64,000 nt of DNA from Octopus sinensis (taxonomy: Eukaryota): NCBI RefSeq assembly GCF_006345805.1, contig NC_043015.1, positions 24,180,001-24,244,000 of the forward strand. The letters are read 5' to 3'. The notes under the pieces are model-generated. The model saw only the letters and a list, made by a program, of their open reading frames with translations. It made no database searches and had not been told where the DNA came from. Shown here piece after piece: positions 40,821 to 53,222 of this stretch (position 1 is its first letter; each line of letters opens with the position of its first letter). Both the position numbers and the translations under genes were made by a program.

Positions 40821-42318
40821 AAATCCTTCAAAAGGTTTCAGCCCGAAAGCCGCGGCCATGCTGGGGCCACCACCGCTGAATGAGCAACACTAATATGTGA
40901 ATCCACCTCTGATACGTGGCACTTGATCAACAAGGGAGTTCGATGCTGCTGCCCGCATCTGCGTCTCCTGTCGTGAGGTAGGTTCATATGGGACTCCCGA
41001 CAAGAAGAGATCCAATTTAGATTTAAAGAAACCAACATCCACACCTTTCCAGTCTCTCAGGCATTTAGGGAGGATGTTAAAGAGCTGTGGTCCTCTGAAA
41101 CCAAAACTGTTGCAGTATCTGGTCCTGTATTTTGATGGTGATTTTGGAAACTTTGGCACCATGCAGTGGCGCACCCTTCTGCGGTTGGGGTAGCTATAAA
41201 TGCCAAAGTTTGGGACAAGACTTTCCAGAATTTTTCAGATGTATATCACCGCATATCTCTCCCGCCTATGCTCTAGGGAGAAAGAGGGTAATACTTTCAG
41301 TCTTTCCTAGTAGCTGATATGTTGCATTGAGACGATCATCTTTGTGTAGCTTCTTTGAATTGCTTCGAGTTCTTCTGTTAGTTTTATATTGTGTGGTGAC
41401 CATAGTTGGGAGCAGTAGTCCAAGCGGCTGAGGACGAAAGTTTTCCACAGGACCATCAGTGTCTCCTTCTCTCTTGTTCTGAAAGTTCGGAGAATCCATC
41501 CAGCTAGCCGTCTACATTTTATCACCAGATTAGTAATATGCACTTGGAAAGATGCATCATTGCTCATGTCAATGCCCAGGTCACGCACTGAGTTTTACTC
41601 AGAGATTGCAATTCTTCCTGGGCCAGTGTATCATGTCTGCATGTCGTTTACCTTTGTGTGCCGGTAGCGCAGGGCCTGGTACTTACATGCGTTAAACTGC
41701 ATGTTGTAGTCCTCAGCCCACCTGTATATTATATCCAACTCCTGTTGCAGATGTGCAATATTTCCAGGGTTTTGTATTGTGTGGGAGTCTTTTGTGTCAT
41801 CTGCATAGCTAGCAAGGGTGGCCATCTTAGCAACTAATGTCATATCTGAAAAGCCACTATGAACAACAGTGGCACCAAGAGAGTGCCCTGTGGGATACCG
41901 CTTGTTATATATGTTTCCTTGGAGGTGGCTCCATTGGTCACAACTGCCTGCCTTCTATCTTTGAGGTAGTTGTGCAACCACTCTCCAAGTTTTCCGCCTA
42001 TGCCGAGACCACGCAATTGTGACAAAACATACCGTGGTCGACTTTATCAAGGCCTTTGCAAAGTTGAGATATATCACATCCACATTTGAGCAATTTAGTA
42101 GCTGTTTAAATACCCAGTGATAGTGTTGCAGAAGCTGTGATAGGCAGCTTCTGCCTGGTCGAAATCCATGCTGGGTGTCAGTCAGCGTGTCATTTTCTTC
42201 AAGGAACATGATTAGTTTGTTGCGGACTATTCGTTCCTTGACTTTACTGATGTGTGAGGTCAGAGATATAGGCCTTTAATTTTAAGCATTTGCTCTGCTA
42301 CCTCCCTTATGGATAGGG
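40821..42318 (-). mobile_element. Second CR1/L2-group LINE, 5'-truncated within RT
   Basis: CPIHKGG...RPISLTSH, QHGFRPGRSCLSQLL, GIPQGT, SYADDTK, RDLGIDMS...WILRTF...SRLDYCSQLWSP. Tail ggtggccccagcatggccgcggctttcgggctgaaac. Confidence 0.93.
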
Positions 42319-42319
42319 C

Positions 42320-42916
42320 ATATATATATATATAAATATTATATATATATATATATTATTATATAAATATATATTATATGTTATATAGGGCATATATATG
42401 TATACATAATATATATATATATATTATATATATATTATATATACATATATGTATATGCATATATATAAATACATGTATATATACATATATATATACATAT
42501 ATATAATACATATATATATACATATATATATATATACATATATATATCCATTATATATACACATATATATACACATATATATATACACATATATACTACA
42601 CATATATATACAAATTATATACCACATACATAATATATACATATATACATATATTATATACACATATATACATATATATAATATACACATATATATATAC
42701 ATATATATACACATATATATATCCATATATATACACGTATATATATACCATATATATAATATATATATTAATATATATATAATGTACATATATATATATA
42801 CATATGAAAATATACATATATATACATACATATATATACATATTTATACATATATATATATACATATATATACATATTTATACATATATATACATTTATA
42901 CATATTATACATATAT

Positions 42917-42947
<31 letters not shown>

Positions 42948-42976
42948 TACATATATATATACATATATATATATAT
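42320..42976. repeat. (TA)n/(TACA)n block
   Basis: Read directly from the sequence. Confidence 0.95.
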
Positions 42977-43158
42977 AGGTCCGGCTGAGTCGGGGTTAAC
43001 CACAGTAAATAAGGTACTCAATACATAGCAGAGTAAATTAATTTATTTTATAGAAGGAGCTTTTACAGACTAGAACTGTTTCACTCAAAAGAAATCATCA
43101 GGCTTCCTAATGATTTCTTTTGAATGAAAACAGTTCTAGTCCTGTAGAAGCTCCTTAT
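42977..43158. mobile_element. Family A mini-element as a head-to-head fold-back with two HHR-like cores
   Basis: Arms 43054-43102 and 43106-43156, loop ctt. Minus core CTGATGA tttc tttt gagt GAAA cagttctag TC; plus core CTAATGA...GAAA. Confidence 0.8.
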
Positions 43159-43224
43159 ATTATATATATATATATATAATATATATTATATATATATATA
43201 TAATATATATATACATATATAGTA

Positions 43225-43582
43225 GTAGTAACTGAAAAGAGGAATTTCGGTTGTCCCCACGTAGTGGCCTGTCAACGTATATAAGAAATTAAAAAAAGGA
43301 AAATACGCATACTTACATGGTTTTAATATAATTTGTAATATATCGACCGGTTTCGCTATCGCTATTCATGATATAATGTTTAATTTACGTGAATATATAT
43401 TTTTTGTTAAGAAGAAATTTGTTCCATGTTGTTTGTGATGAAATTCACGAGTGAATGACTTTACCAGTAGACAAATAAAGGGATGTAATTGGTTATTATT
43501 ATTGTTATTGTTGTGTATAAGGGAGATAACTGTTCAGGTTTTGGGTGGGGAATAAATATGTGTACAGGAAAGAGACAGGTTA
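43225..43582 (-). mobile_element. PLE 3' end/pLTR remnant with a defective hammerhead (43339-43375)
   Basis: On minus: tatatc ATGA ata GC gata GC GAAA CCGG TC gatata, with a 6-bp helix I and the CTG of the core missing. Confidence 0.5.
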
Positions 43583-44775
43583 TCTCTATATATATAAAAC
43601 TGAAAATGTGTCTGTCTGTGTGTCTATCTGTCTGTATGTTTCCCTAAAACTTGAGAACTACACAACTAATTTCATTCAAATTTTGCACATGCCTTACTTA
43701 TGATCCGGGGAGTGTCATCGGCAAAAAAAAGTTTTAGCTTTTTGCCTAGGGCGAGCCCACAGCAATATCATATTTTCTCCACTACGATTCCCTAAAACGC
43801 GAGAACTACACAACCAATTTCATTCAAATTTTACACATGCCTTACTTAGGGTCCATGTAGTTTCTTGGGCAAAAAAAAAAATGTTCAACTTCTTGCCTAG
43901 AGCGAGTCCATAGCAGTATCATATCTTCTCCACTATTTCAGTATTACGTTTAAAAGTGAAACAAAATCATTTCTCTATTTTATGTCAGATGCTTTCACTT
44001 TAACAATAAAAATAATAATAACAATTTAATTATATGTAGTACGTAATAATTAAAATCAAACAAAAGTATAATATAATCGTAACATAACAAAAGTAAAAAT
44101 AGCAATTGGTATAAAATTGCATCAATGACTTGAACTTGAATAAGTGGTTTCACATGAATGGGAATAAATGAAATATAAAATTAGCGTGCAGAAATGGAAT
44201 AGTCCAGATGGATAATAAAAAATTAAATTAAATAAAAGACTATTGTCTATAAAGTATACAATGTAGAGAAAAAAGATTTGAACACCTGGAGGAAAGCACC
44301 ATCGAAAAGTGTCTTGGTGTGACTATGAAAGGTATCTAACCAGAGGCGGTAAATTCGCCACAATAGAAGCATGGTTCGAGTCAACGGAGCATGCAAGGGA
44401 GTACTCGACTCAAACCTTGCAAAGTGGAAATATTTTATTTTTACCTTTATATCTTGGACGTATGATGACCCGGATATAAATTTAAAATGCCCCCCCCCCC
44501 AGCAGTAGAGGTAGGCTGGATTATAGCCACACTTCTCTACAAGAGGGAAGACAAGATACGGTTGATCGAAATTGCAAGAGACGGGCTTACAATTCCAGTC
44601 TGTTATATATTTTGAGTATTGTTATCACTAGCGATATCAAGATATAACTTTGTATTTTGTATTTTATGTGTAGATGTATATATATAGATGTACATGTAAT
44701 ATGTACACATATATATATACACATATATACTTGCACTAGCACTATGACCCAGCAACGACGGGTCTTTGATGCTAG
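43583..44775 (+). mobile_element. Non-autonomous Helitron (1193 bp) with an internal tandem duplication of about 148 bp
   Basis: A|TCTCTATATATATAAAA 5' end; gaccc-agcaacgac-gggtc hairpin at 44746-44764; CTAG|T 3' end. The duplicated unit starts with tccctaaaac at about 43640 and 43788. Confidence 0.88.
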
Positions 44776-44779
44776 TAAA

Positions 44780-46157
44780 TTATAAACTATAATCAACAAA
44801 AAACAATGAAAAATCTTGCATTCTTAATTCTTCTACACGGAAAAGGCCTGACAGAAAAAGAAACATCACGAACTTCAAATGTAAACCCAGTATTTTTATG
44901 GCCTCCCTAAAATACACAAGAGCAAGATAATCAATGAAGCCTGCAAACAATCACCAGGCAAATATATAAATATCCAAACGCCAGAAGACTTGACTTTAGG
45001 ACCTATTGTAGCTGGGCCAGCCTGTGAAACCCACCGACTGAGCAATTTTCTAGACATCCTCCTGAAACCCTTGCTGAAATACATCAAAAGCTTCATTAGG
45101 GATTATTTAGACATGCTAGAACGATTATTGAAAAGGCAGTATTGGTCACCCTCGATGTCATCAATCTTTACATCAACATTTCTCATGACTATGGAATAAA
45201 AGCAATTAAATTCTGGTTGGAAAAGTACCCCGAAGTCCTCCCGGAACGCATAAACCATATCTTTATTATTGAATCCTTAAAATTTATACTTCAGAACAAT
45301 TATTTCCTATTTGATGACACATACTATCGTCAGAAATGCGGAATTGCGATGGGGACGAAAGCAGCTCTTGTTCTTGCGAACCTAATAATGGGTTATTTTG
45401 AATTCACCTTATATGAAGTATCACTTCAGAAATATGGTTACCCATTTTACCTCTACATCAGAGAAAATTGGAAGCGGTAACTGGATGACTGTTTTATCAT
45501 CACACTAAATGACATAAATAGTAACATTCAATTCACAATGGAATATAACGAATATAAAAAAAGTTAACAATGAAATCCTAACTGACATTTATTATATACC
45601 AACTGACTCAAAACAATATCTTCTTTTTAACTCATGCCACCCTAAACACATAAAAAAACATCCCTTTTAACTTAGCAAAAAGGATTTGCACAATAGTGTC
45701 TGATAGAACAACTCGGGACCTTCGTCTTCAAGACCTCAAAACAACACTTATTGAAAGACAATATCCACCCTCTCTTATCGACGAGGGAATTAAACGTGCG
45801 AAACAATTAGACACAAAAACACTAAGTACAAAAAAACATAGCACCACACCTCAAACCAAAACATTACTTGTTACATCAACACACAACCCCAGAAATAGTG
45901 AGGCATTCAACATTATTGTGCAAACTCTCCCTTTACTAACTAGAGATCCAAAAATGAACGACATCCTGAAAACACACAAACTCATCAAATGCAAAAAACA
46001 AGACAAATCGCTAAAGAGACTACCAACAAATGCGAAGCTTTACAAAACAACCACGAAACCGAACTATGGAACCTGCACCAACCTGCTTGAAGGATGGGAT
46101 TTCCTTTTCAAACAAGGACAGAGGTTCACAATTAAAACTAGTTTCACCTGTGCCTCA
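44780..46157 (+). mobile_element. PLE RT region, frameshifted, cut just before GIY-YIG
   Basis: FYGLPKIHKS...[68 protein letters not shown]. Confidence 0.93.
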
Positions 46158-46225
46158 TTGAGCGGTGGTGCCCCAGCATGACCGCGGCCTTCGGGCTAAA
46201 ACATTTTAAAGGATTTTTAAGGATT
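46158..46225 (+). mobile_element. 3' tail of the CR1/L2-group LINE family inserted into the PLE
   Basis: gcggtggtgccccagcatgaccgcggccttcgggctaaaacattttaaaggatt matches 40821-40878 (minus). Confidence 0.8.
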
Positions 46226-46381
46226 TATATATATATACATATATACATATATACATATACATATATATATATATATACATATATACATATATATATATAC
46301 TTATATACATATATACAATATATACATATACCTATATACATATATACATATATATATATATACATATATATTACATATATA

Positions 46382-46452
<71 letters not shown>

Positions 46453-47065
46453 GTATTTTATAATTAGGGGTCCAAAGAGAAATCAATAATTTCACCAATG
46501 CCGAATTCTACTTGGTGAAATTATTGATTACTAGTTAATTAATTAATTTTACCCTTTGTTATTATTCATATATATATATATATATATATATAGTATATAT
46601 ATATATATATATATATACGTATATATATATATATATATAATATATATATATAGATATATATATATATATATATATATGATATATATATATATACTATATA
46701 TATATATATATTTATATAGTGCAGGAATAGGTCAGATAAAATCCGGGCCACATGTGTATCATGGCGAGCGGAAGTTCGGAAGCGGCAAATATCCAAGCGA
46801 GATGTATACAACAGGCTATTCTTCAGGCCAGCGGTATATTGATTATATTGTCGCACACGGAAGATTCAATCAAAAAGAATGCTTAGAGAGCAGATTTTGA
46901 GTGGAAAATATATATTATGAAGAGAAAGGAGTATAAGAACAAAATAAGAAAGAATAAAAAGTAATTAATATTAAGGGAACGGGAGAGTTACAAGTAAAGA
47001 ATTTAAGCAAGATCATTTCACAGGTGATTTTCAAAAGTATGTTGTTAGGTAGATAGGTAGATAGA

Positions 47066-47096
<31 letters not shown>

Positions 47097-47689
47097 CTAG
47101 ATATTTGCATGAATGTGGATATTTCTTGTATTTGTGTGCATCCAGTGCCAAAAAGTGCTATCACAAAACAGGTTGAACCTCTAGTCACCCATGGCAAAGC
47201 GCCAACGTCCAATCAGCTATGCCGACTTATCCTCTCATACCAAGGAAGGAATGCGTATATCAGTGCACGAAGCAAAAAATATGAGAACGAACTGCAAGCC
47301 CTGATCACGTGGAAAAATAAGTAAATCTTTGATAACGTAACAAAATGGAGGTTAAAATTTCAAATTGTGTTTGTAACGTCGAAGCAAATCTCATTTCTTC
47401 AGCTCCATAATGATAGGAGACAACATAATCCTACATCATTCGATTCATAATTGAAAAATATGATATTTTATGCACATTAACTGTCAGATCTAGAGTTTTG
47501 AATGATAGAAAAACAGAAAAGAAAGCGGAGAACTCATACGAAAAAGGTAACAGCAAAACCTGATGAAACAGTTGAAACAAAAACATAGTCGTCTATTTCA
47601 TACAATACATACACACACATAAATAAATACAATCACACACCACACACACACACACACAACACACACACACACCACATATACATATATAT

Positions 47690-47696
47690 ATATTAT

Positions 47697-47730
<34 letters not shown>

Positions 47731-48318
47731 TATATATGTATATAGATACATATATATATATATTATATGTATATATATACATATATATACATATATGTAT
47801 ATATATAAATATATATATATTATATTTACATAATATATACACATAATTTATAAATATACATACACACGATATATATATATGTATATATATCTTTATATAT
47901 ATTCGCAATATATACATACAATGTATATACACATATTGTATATGTGTCTATATATATATGATATACGTATCATATATATACGCATATATATACACCATAA
48001 TTATGTATGTATATACACTCTGATAGAGATTTCTCTTTGATATACAAATTATTGCTATTTTACACCAGCTCTAATAGCCATAGCCTGACAATTATTATTC
48101 AGTCTAAAACTTTCCTTTATCACAACGATAATAAAAATGAATAAATAAATTAAAAACTACGAATTAAAAAGAAAATTTGCTATATTACTGAATATAAATC
48201 TAAAAAATATGAAAATATTCTTCAATTCATTGATGTTACCAAACAATTTACGTATTCATAAAGTCAAATACCACACAAAGAAAATGCTATAAAACGATTT
48301 TTTTTTTTATCAAAGAAC

Positions 48319-48377
<59 letters not shown>

Positions 48378-48630
48378 CATATATATATATATATGTGTGT
48401 GTGTGTGTTGATATATATATATACACGCACATATATGTGTGCACATGTGTGTTAATGTATATATTATGTATATCTGTATCTATATATATGAATATATATA
48501 TGCGTATATATGTATACACACGCGCACTCTATATATGTATATATAGACAGACACATTTTTGTATATATGAATATATATATATGTATACATACGTATATAC
48601 ATATACGTACTTATATAAATACATATATAT

Positions 48631-48690
<60 letters not shown>
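47690..48690. repeat. (TA)n/(TACA)n-rich block
   Basis: Read directly; interrupted by ordinary AT-rich sequence. Confidence 0.85.
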
Positions 48691-48702
<12 letters not shown>

Positions 48703-48966
48703 ATAACTTTGTGTCCGGGCGATGTAAATGCATATATGTCTGTGTGTGTGACCATTTGTGCATATACGTGAGTATGTATATATCTGTGTGTTTTCGTCTC
48801 TATTTGCCCGTACGTATGTCTGCAGCGTACGTACAATAAACACTTTGTAATCATCAGCTCATATTTATTTAGTTCATTCTTCTTTTAATAACGATAATGT
48901 ATAAAGTATTATTGTATAGTTGCTCTTCTTTGTGTTGCTGAAATATGTAAATACTGTAATAATTGT

Positions 48967-49180
48967 TTGCAATTCATTCTTTCTGGTCCAGAGGGAGAAA
49001 GGGAGGAGGCGTATGAGTATTATAATCGTGGTTTTGTTTTATATCAATTTTTTTCCACAAATATTAAGCTGACGATAGAGAGCGAACAATGCTTACTAAG
49101 CTTCATGAATTCCTTTAGGAGTTCTAAGACTCAACACTTAGAGATCCGCAAGGTTGTTGACTATGTAACCTACTAGGAAT
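48967..49180 (+). mobile_element. Possible PLE RT remnant
   Basis: FFSTNIKLTIESEQCLLSFMN resembles the PLE HPNIKFTxExExxxxLxFLD segment. Confidence 0.35.
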
Positions 49181-49290
49181 AGCACTAGATTCACGGAAGG
49201 ATACATTGGATAATGTTATCAGGGGTTACGTTTAAAATAAGATGGTGGTGTAACTGTTGAAATAATAGGATTGTTTGTTAATAATAATAT

Positions 49291-50207
49291 TATTTTTTTA
49301 TTGCCCGCAAGGGGCTAAATATAACGGGGACAAACAAGGACAGGCAAAGGGATTAAGTCGACTATATCGACCCCAGTGCGTAACTGGTACTTATTTAATC
49401 GACTCCGAAAAAAAATCAAAGGCAAATTCGACCTCGGCGGAATTTGAACTCCGAACGTAGCGGCAGACGAAATACCTATTTCTTTACTACCCACAAGGGG
49501 CTACACACAGACGTGACATACAAGGACAGACAAACGCATTAAGTCGATTATATCGACCCAATTGCATAACCGGTACTTATCTAATCGACCCCGAAAGAGT
49601 GAAAGGCAAAGTCGATCTCGGCGGAATTGGAACTCAGAACGTAGCGGCAGACGAAATTCCGCTAAGCATTTCGCCCGGCGTGCTAAGGACGATGTCAGCT
49701 CGCCGCCTTCGGCAGACAAAGTACCTGTTTCTTTACTACTCACAAGGGACTAAACACAGAGAGGACAAACAACGACATACAAACGGATAAAGTCGATTAT
49801 ATCGACCCCAGTGGGTAACTGGTACTTATTTAATCGACCCCGAAAGAGTGAAAGGCAAAGTCGATCTCGGCGGAATTGGAACTCAGAACGTAGCGGCAGA
49901 CGAAATTCCGCTAAGCATTTCGCCGGCGTGCTAAGGACGATGTCAGCTCGCCGCCTTCGGCAGACAAAGTACCTGTTTCTTTACTACTCACAAGGGACTA
50001 AACACAGAGAGGACAAACAACGACATACAAACGGATAAAGTCGATTATATCGACCCCAGTGGGTAACTGGTACTTATTTAATCGACCCCGAAAGGATGAA
50101 AGTGAAAGTCGACCTCGGCGGAATTTGAACTCAGAACGTAGCGACAGACGAAATACTGCTAAGCATTTCTCCCGGCGTGCTAACGATCCTGTCAGCTCGC
50201 CGCCGCT
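49291..50207 (-). mobile_element. Tandem array of four tRNA-derived SINE units (186, 249, 248 and about 234 bp)
   Basis: Units start at 49291, 49477, 49726 and 49974. A-box tgacag..tcgttagc and B-box gagttcaaattcc on minus. About 248 bp of the middle is duplicated almost identically. Confidence 0.9.
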
Positions 50208-50495
50208 GCCTAATAATGATAACAACAACAATGTTTGCTAAGAGCTGTCCCGTGATTAAACAACAGAAACAAGAAAATCATTAATGACGTATTTGGTTCC
50301 TGTGTTTATGTTTTTCGTTATATTTCTGTGTCATGAAACGAAAAATATACGCGGGTATTTTTACCTCATGTGTACAATACATTACGGGAAACACGCGCTC
50401 AGTAGATCAGACCCTGCGCCATACACTCTTAAAAAGTGTAGCTCACACACACACTGGCGTACAATCGCAGAAAATCACAATCTCACATAAATATC

Positions 50496-50699
50496 GGTTT
50501 CAAACTTTGGCACAAGGCCAGTAATTTCGGAGGGCGGGTTGAAGTTGATTACATCAGAACCGGTACTCAAATGCTACTTATTTTAGCGACAACGAAATGG
50601 GGGTCGATCTCGGTGGAATATGAACTCAGAACTTAAAAACGAACGAAATACTGCTAAGCATTTTAGCTGACGTGCTAACGACTCTGCCAGCTCGCTGCC
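50496..50699 (-). mobile_element. SINE, second family
   Basis: On minus: ggcagcgagctggcagagtcgttagcacgtc...gttctgagttcatattcc...gtttgaaacc. Confidence 0.8.
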
Positions 50700-50799
50700 T
50701 TCAGTTACACGTAAATCTTAGCAATAAGAAAATTTGGGGGAGATCTGAAAAGCAGAAAGTGTTCATAGAAGAGCCACCCACACAGGCCCTATACAAGTG

Positions 50800-50992
50800 T
50801 TTCGACCTTTGATTCTTTATAGATTTGGAGAGTTATTGAAAAGGAGACTAACGAAAATCCTCAAAATACCATAGCTTCACTTAAGACATCCAATGGCCAG
50901 GCGATATCCGAAAGGAATAAGGTTCATTTAGTGCAGGGATAGAAATGATTTCAGAAGTAGTCATTGAAGTGGAAAGCGGATTCAGAGCATAA
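50800..50992 (+). mobile_element. Tc1/mariner transposase C-terminal remnant
   Basis: PL(D)SL*IWRVIEKETNENPQNTIASLK...VIEVESGFRA* resembles NPLDYxIWxxLExxxNxxPHxTxxSLK...VIxAxGGxIE. Confidence 0.65.
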
Positions 50993-51169
50993 ACTTCTGA
51001 GGAAGCATATCAACAGGTCCTACTCAAATATTTCTTAAAATCGATTGATTTTTGCGAGATTAGTGATTTTCGAGTAAATAACCAAATATTTCCTCAAACA
51101 CATCTCACACTATGTGAGTGTGAATGTGTGTATGTATAAAAGAGTAATAACTGCAGATGTAACACTCAC

Positions 51170-51335
51170 CTATTTCAGCACCAACTGTGACTAACGCTAA
51201 TTGCTTTGCCTCTCTCTGACTGACACTGCTCCTGCTGGAACTGCTAGCGGAATAGGTACGGCTTGAAGAGGTGGACGATGAAGAAGAGGAACTGCGCCAC
51301 AGTACTCCTGTTGGGCTTGGAATAGGTAAGTTGGC
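51170..51335 (-). CDS. Candidate host-gene exon (166 nt, phase 0 to 1): ANLPIPSPTGVLWRSSSSSSSTSSSRTYSASSSSRSSVSQREAKQLALVTVGAEI(G)
   Basis: Branch-like ctaat plus cacttcctccattacgattaacag acceptor; consensus AG|GTGAGT donor; 55 open codons with a Ser run encoded by mixed codons. Confidence 0.5.
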
Positions 51336-51769
51336 CTGTTAATCGTAATGGAGGAAGTGATAATGAGATTAGTAGAGCTAAATAAGAAATTGGTTAATCA
51401 ACGTGTACAGCTTCTCAACATATAACTATTTTCAATCATCTTACTCCTCTCTATTTCATTCACTTTCTTTCTCGCTCGCGCGCTTTTACGGCATAATATG
51501 TCATCATCATCATTAACAAAACAATCCCACAAGCATTATCACAACCACTCCTAACAAAAACCTTCCCTTCTCCCCTCCTCTCCCTAACAATATTTCTAAA
51601 CTGCTTCCACAACCAGTAACAATAACGACAGCAACAGCACTGTAGTTGAGAAACAGCTATTTTCTAACCCAGATTCTATGCTCTTTCATTAGAATTTAAA
51701 CATTACCTGGGTAATGCATTGGCTACATGCCGTATACAGAGCAATTCCATACCCATTTTATTTAATTCT

Positions 51770-51841
51770 AGCCAGCCAGCCAGCCATCCATCCATCCATC
51801 CATCCATCCATCCATCCATCCATCCATCATCCATCCATCCC

Positions 51842-51903
<62 letters not shown>

Positions 51904-51915
51904 AGTCTGTCTGTA
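51770..51915. repeat. Compound tetranucleotide repeat (CCAG)n-(CCAT)n-(CTAT)n
   Basis: Read directly from the sequence. Confidence 0.95.
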
Positions 51916-53222
51916 CCTGTCTATCTGATTATAGCTCTCACATTATGACATTATCACAGAGAAACATATTGTAACAGTAAACTGAAAGAGAACCTGGTTT
52001 CTAACGATGATTCAATGCTCCTTTGTTACAATGCAAGATAACAGAAATAAATTCACAGGTTAAACTCCTTAAAAGTCTTGCATATTTTAACTGTTCCACA
52101 AACAGATTATATTTGCACTGTGCAAATTAGCTGCACGATTTGATTTTTTCTGGAGACCCTAGGCATTTATTTACAAATCCAAGTGCAGCAAGTATTATTG
52201 GTATAATGTAAATGAATAATTTGTATATAGAAGGTTTCGAAGCAAAGGTTCATAGTTATCATCTTTGTGTTTGATTTTCAAAGGTACATTCACATCAGCG
52301 AGGCATGTGACATCTATGACCCTACATACCTTTTTGTATCTATCCAAATCAACAATATTAGATATGTGTGTGTACGTCTGTGTGAGTAACACGTGTGAAT
52401 ATATACGTATGTGATATATATATATGTGTGTGTGTGTGTGTGTATACATATATATATATATATATATAATATATATATAACAATGGAATCCCACCTTATT
52501 AATAAATAAAGACGACTTCTAAACACATCCCCCTAACACGAACCCACAACAAACACACTTACACCTGCACACATCCTACACACACTTTTACCCAGATATT
52601 AACACCATGACATACGCAAATATATGGTTCCACACATACACATAATTTGATACGGGAGCAAAACATCCAACACTATTTTTTGGAAATGACTGTAAATATT
52701 GACTTCACACAAACACGTTGCTTCCCGATACAGGCACAAGGCCAGCAGAACTATAAATATTGAAAATTGTACCCACACACGCACACATATATATACACGC
52801 GCGCGCCCCAACATACATATAAACACACACACACACACGCGCGCGCACACATATATACTTATAGCTCTTCCTGTCCTAAACGAACTTACTTATCCAGCTC
52901 AAATTCAGTCAAGTGGAAAATACACTCCTTAACTACGCGCTAAAAAGCTATTTAAAATATCCACATTACGTCTACTGACCAGCCTGAACAATAAGAATTT
53001 TCAACAACGCTATTTTCGAAAACTCCATACACCACCCACACCAACATTTATTCTAAACATTCACGTGACCTCTATATTATGACCACATCTACGTGACCTC
53101 TTTATTATGACCAATAAGAAATTTTAGGCGCGACACTAGCCAAATTTTAACATCTCTGGAGCCTATTTTCTTACCCCAACACCAACTTCCATTCAAACAT
53201 TCACGTGATCCCTTTATAATGA

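Noticed and set aside
47560-47595. CTGATGA aacagtt GAAAC, hammerhead-like
   Set aside because: Helix I and helix III cannot be formed convincingly.
49291-50241. Repeated Arg/Ser-rich ORFs and an array-like pattern
   Set aside because: These are antisense translations of tandem SINE units; not protein-coding and not CRISPR.
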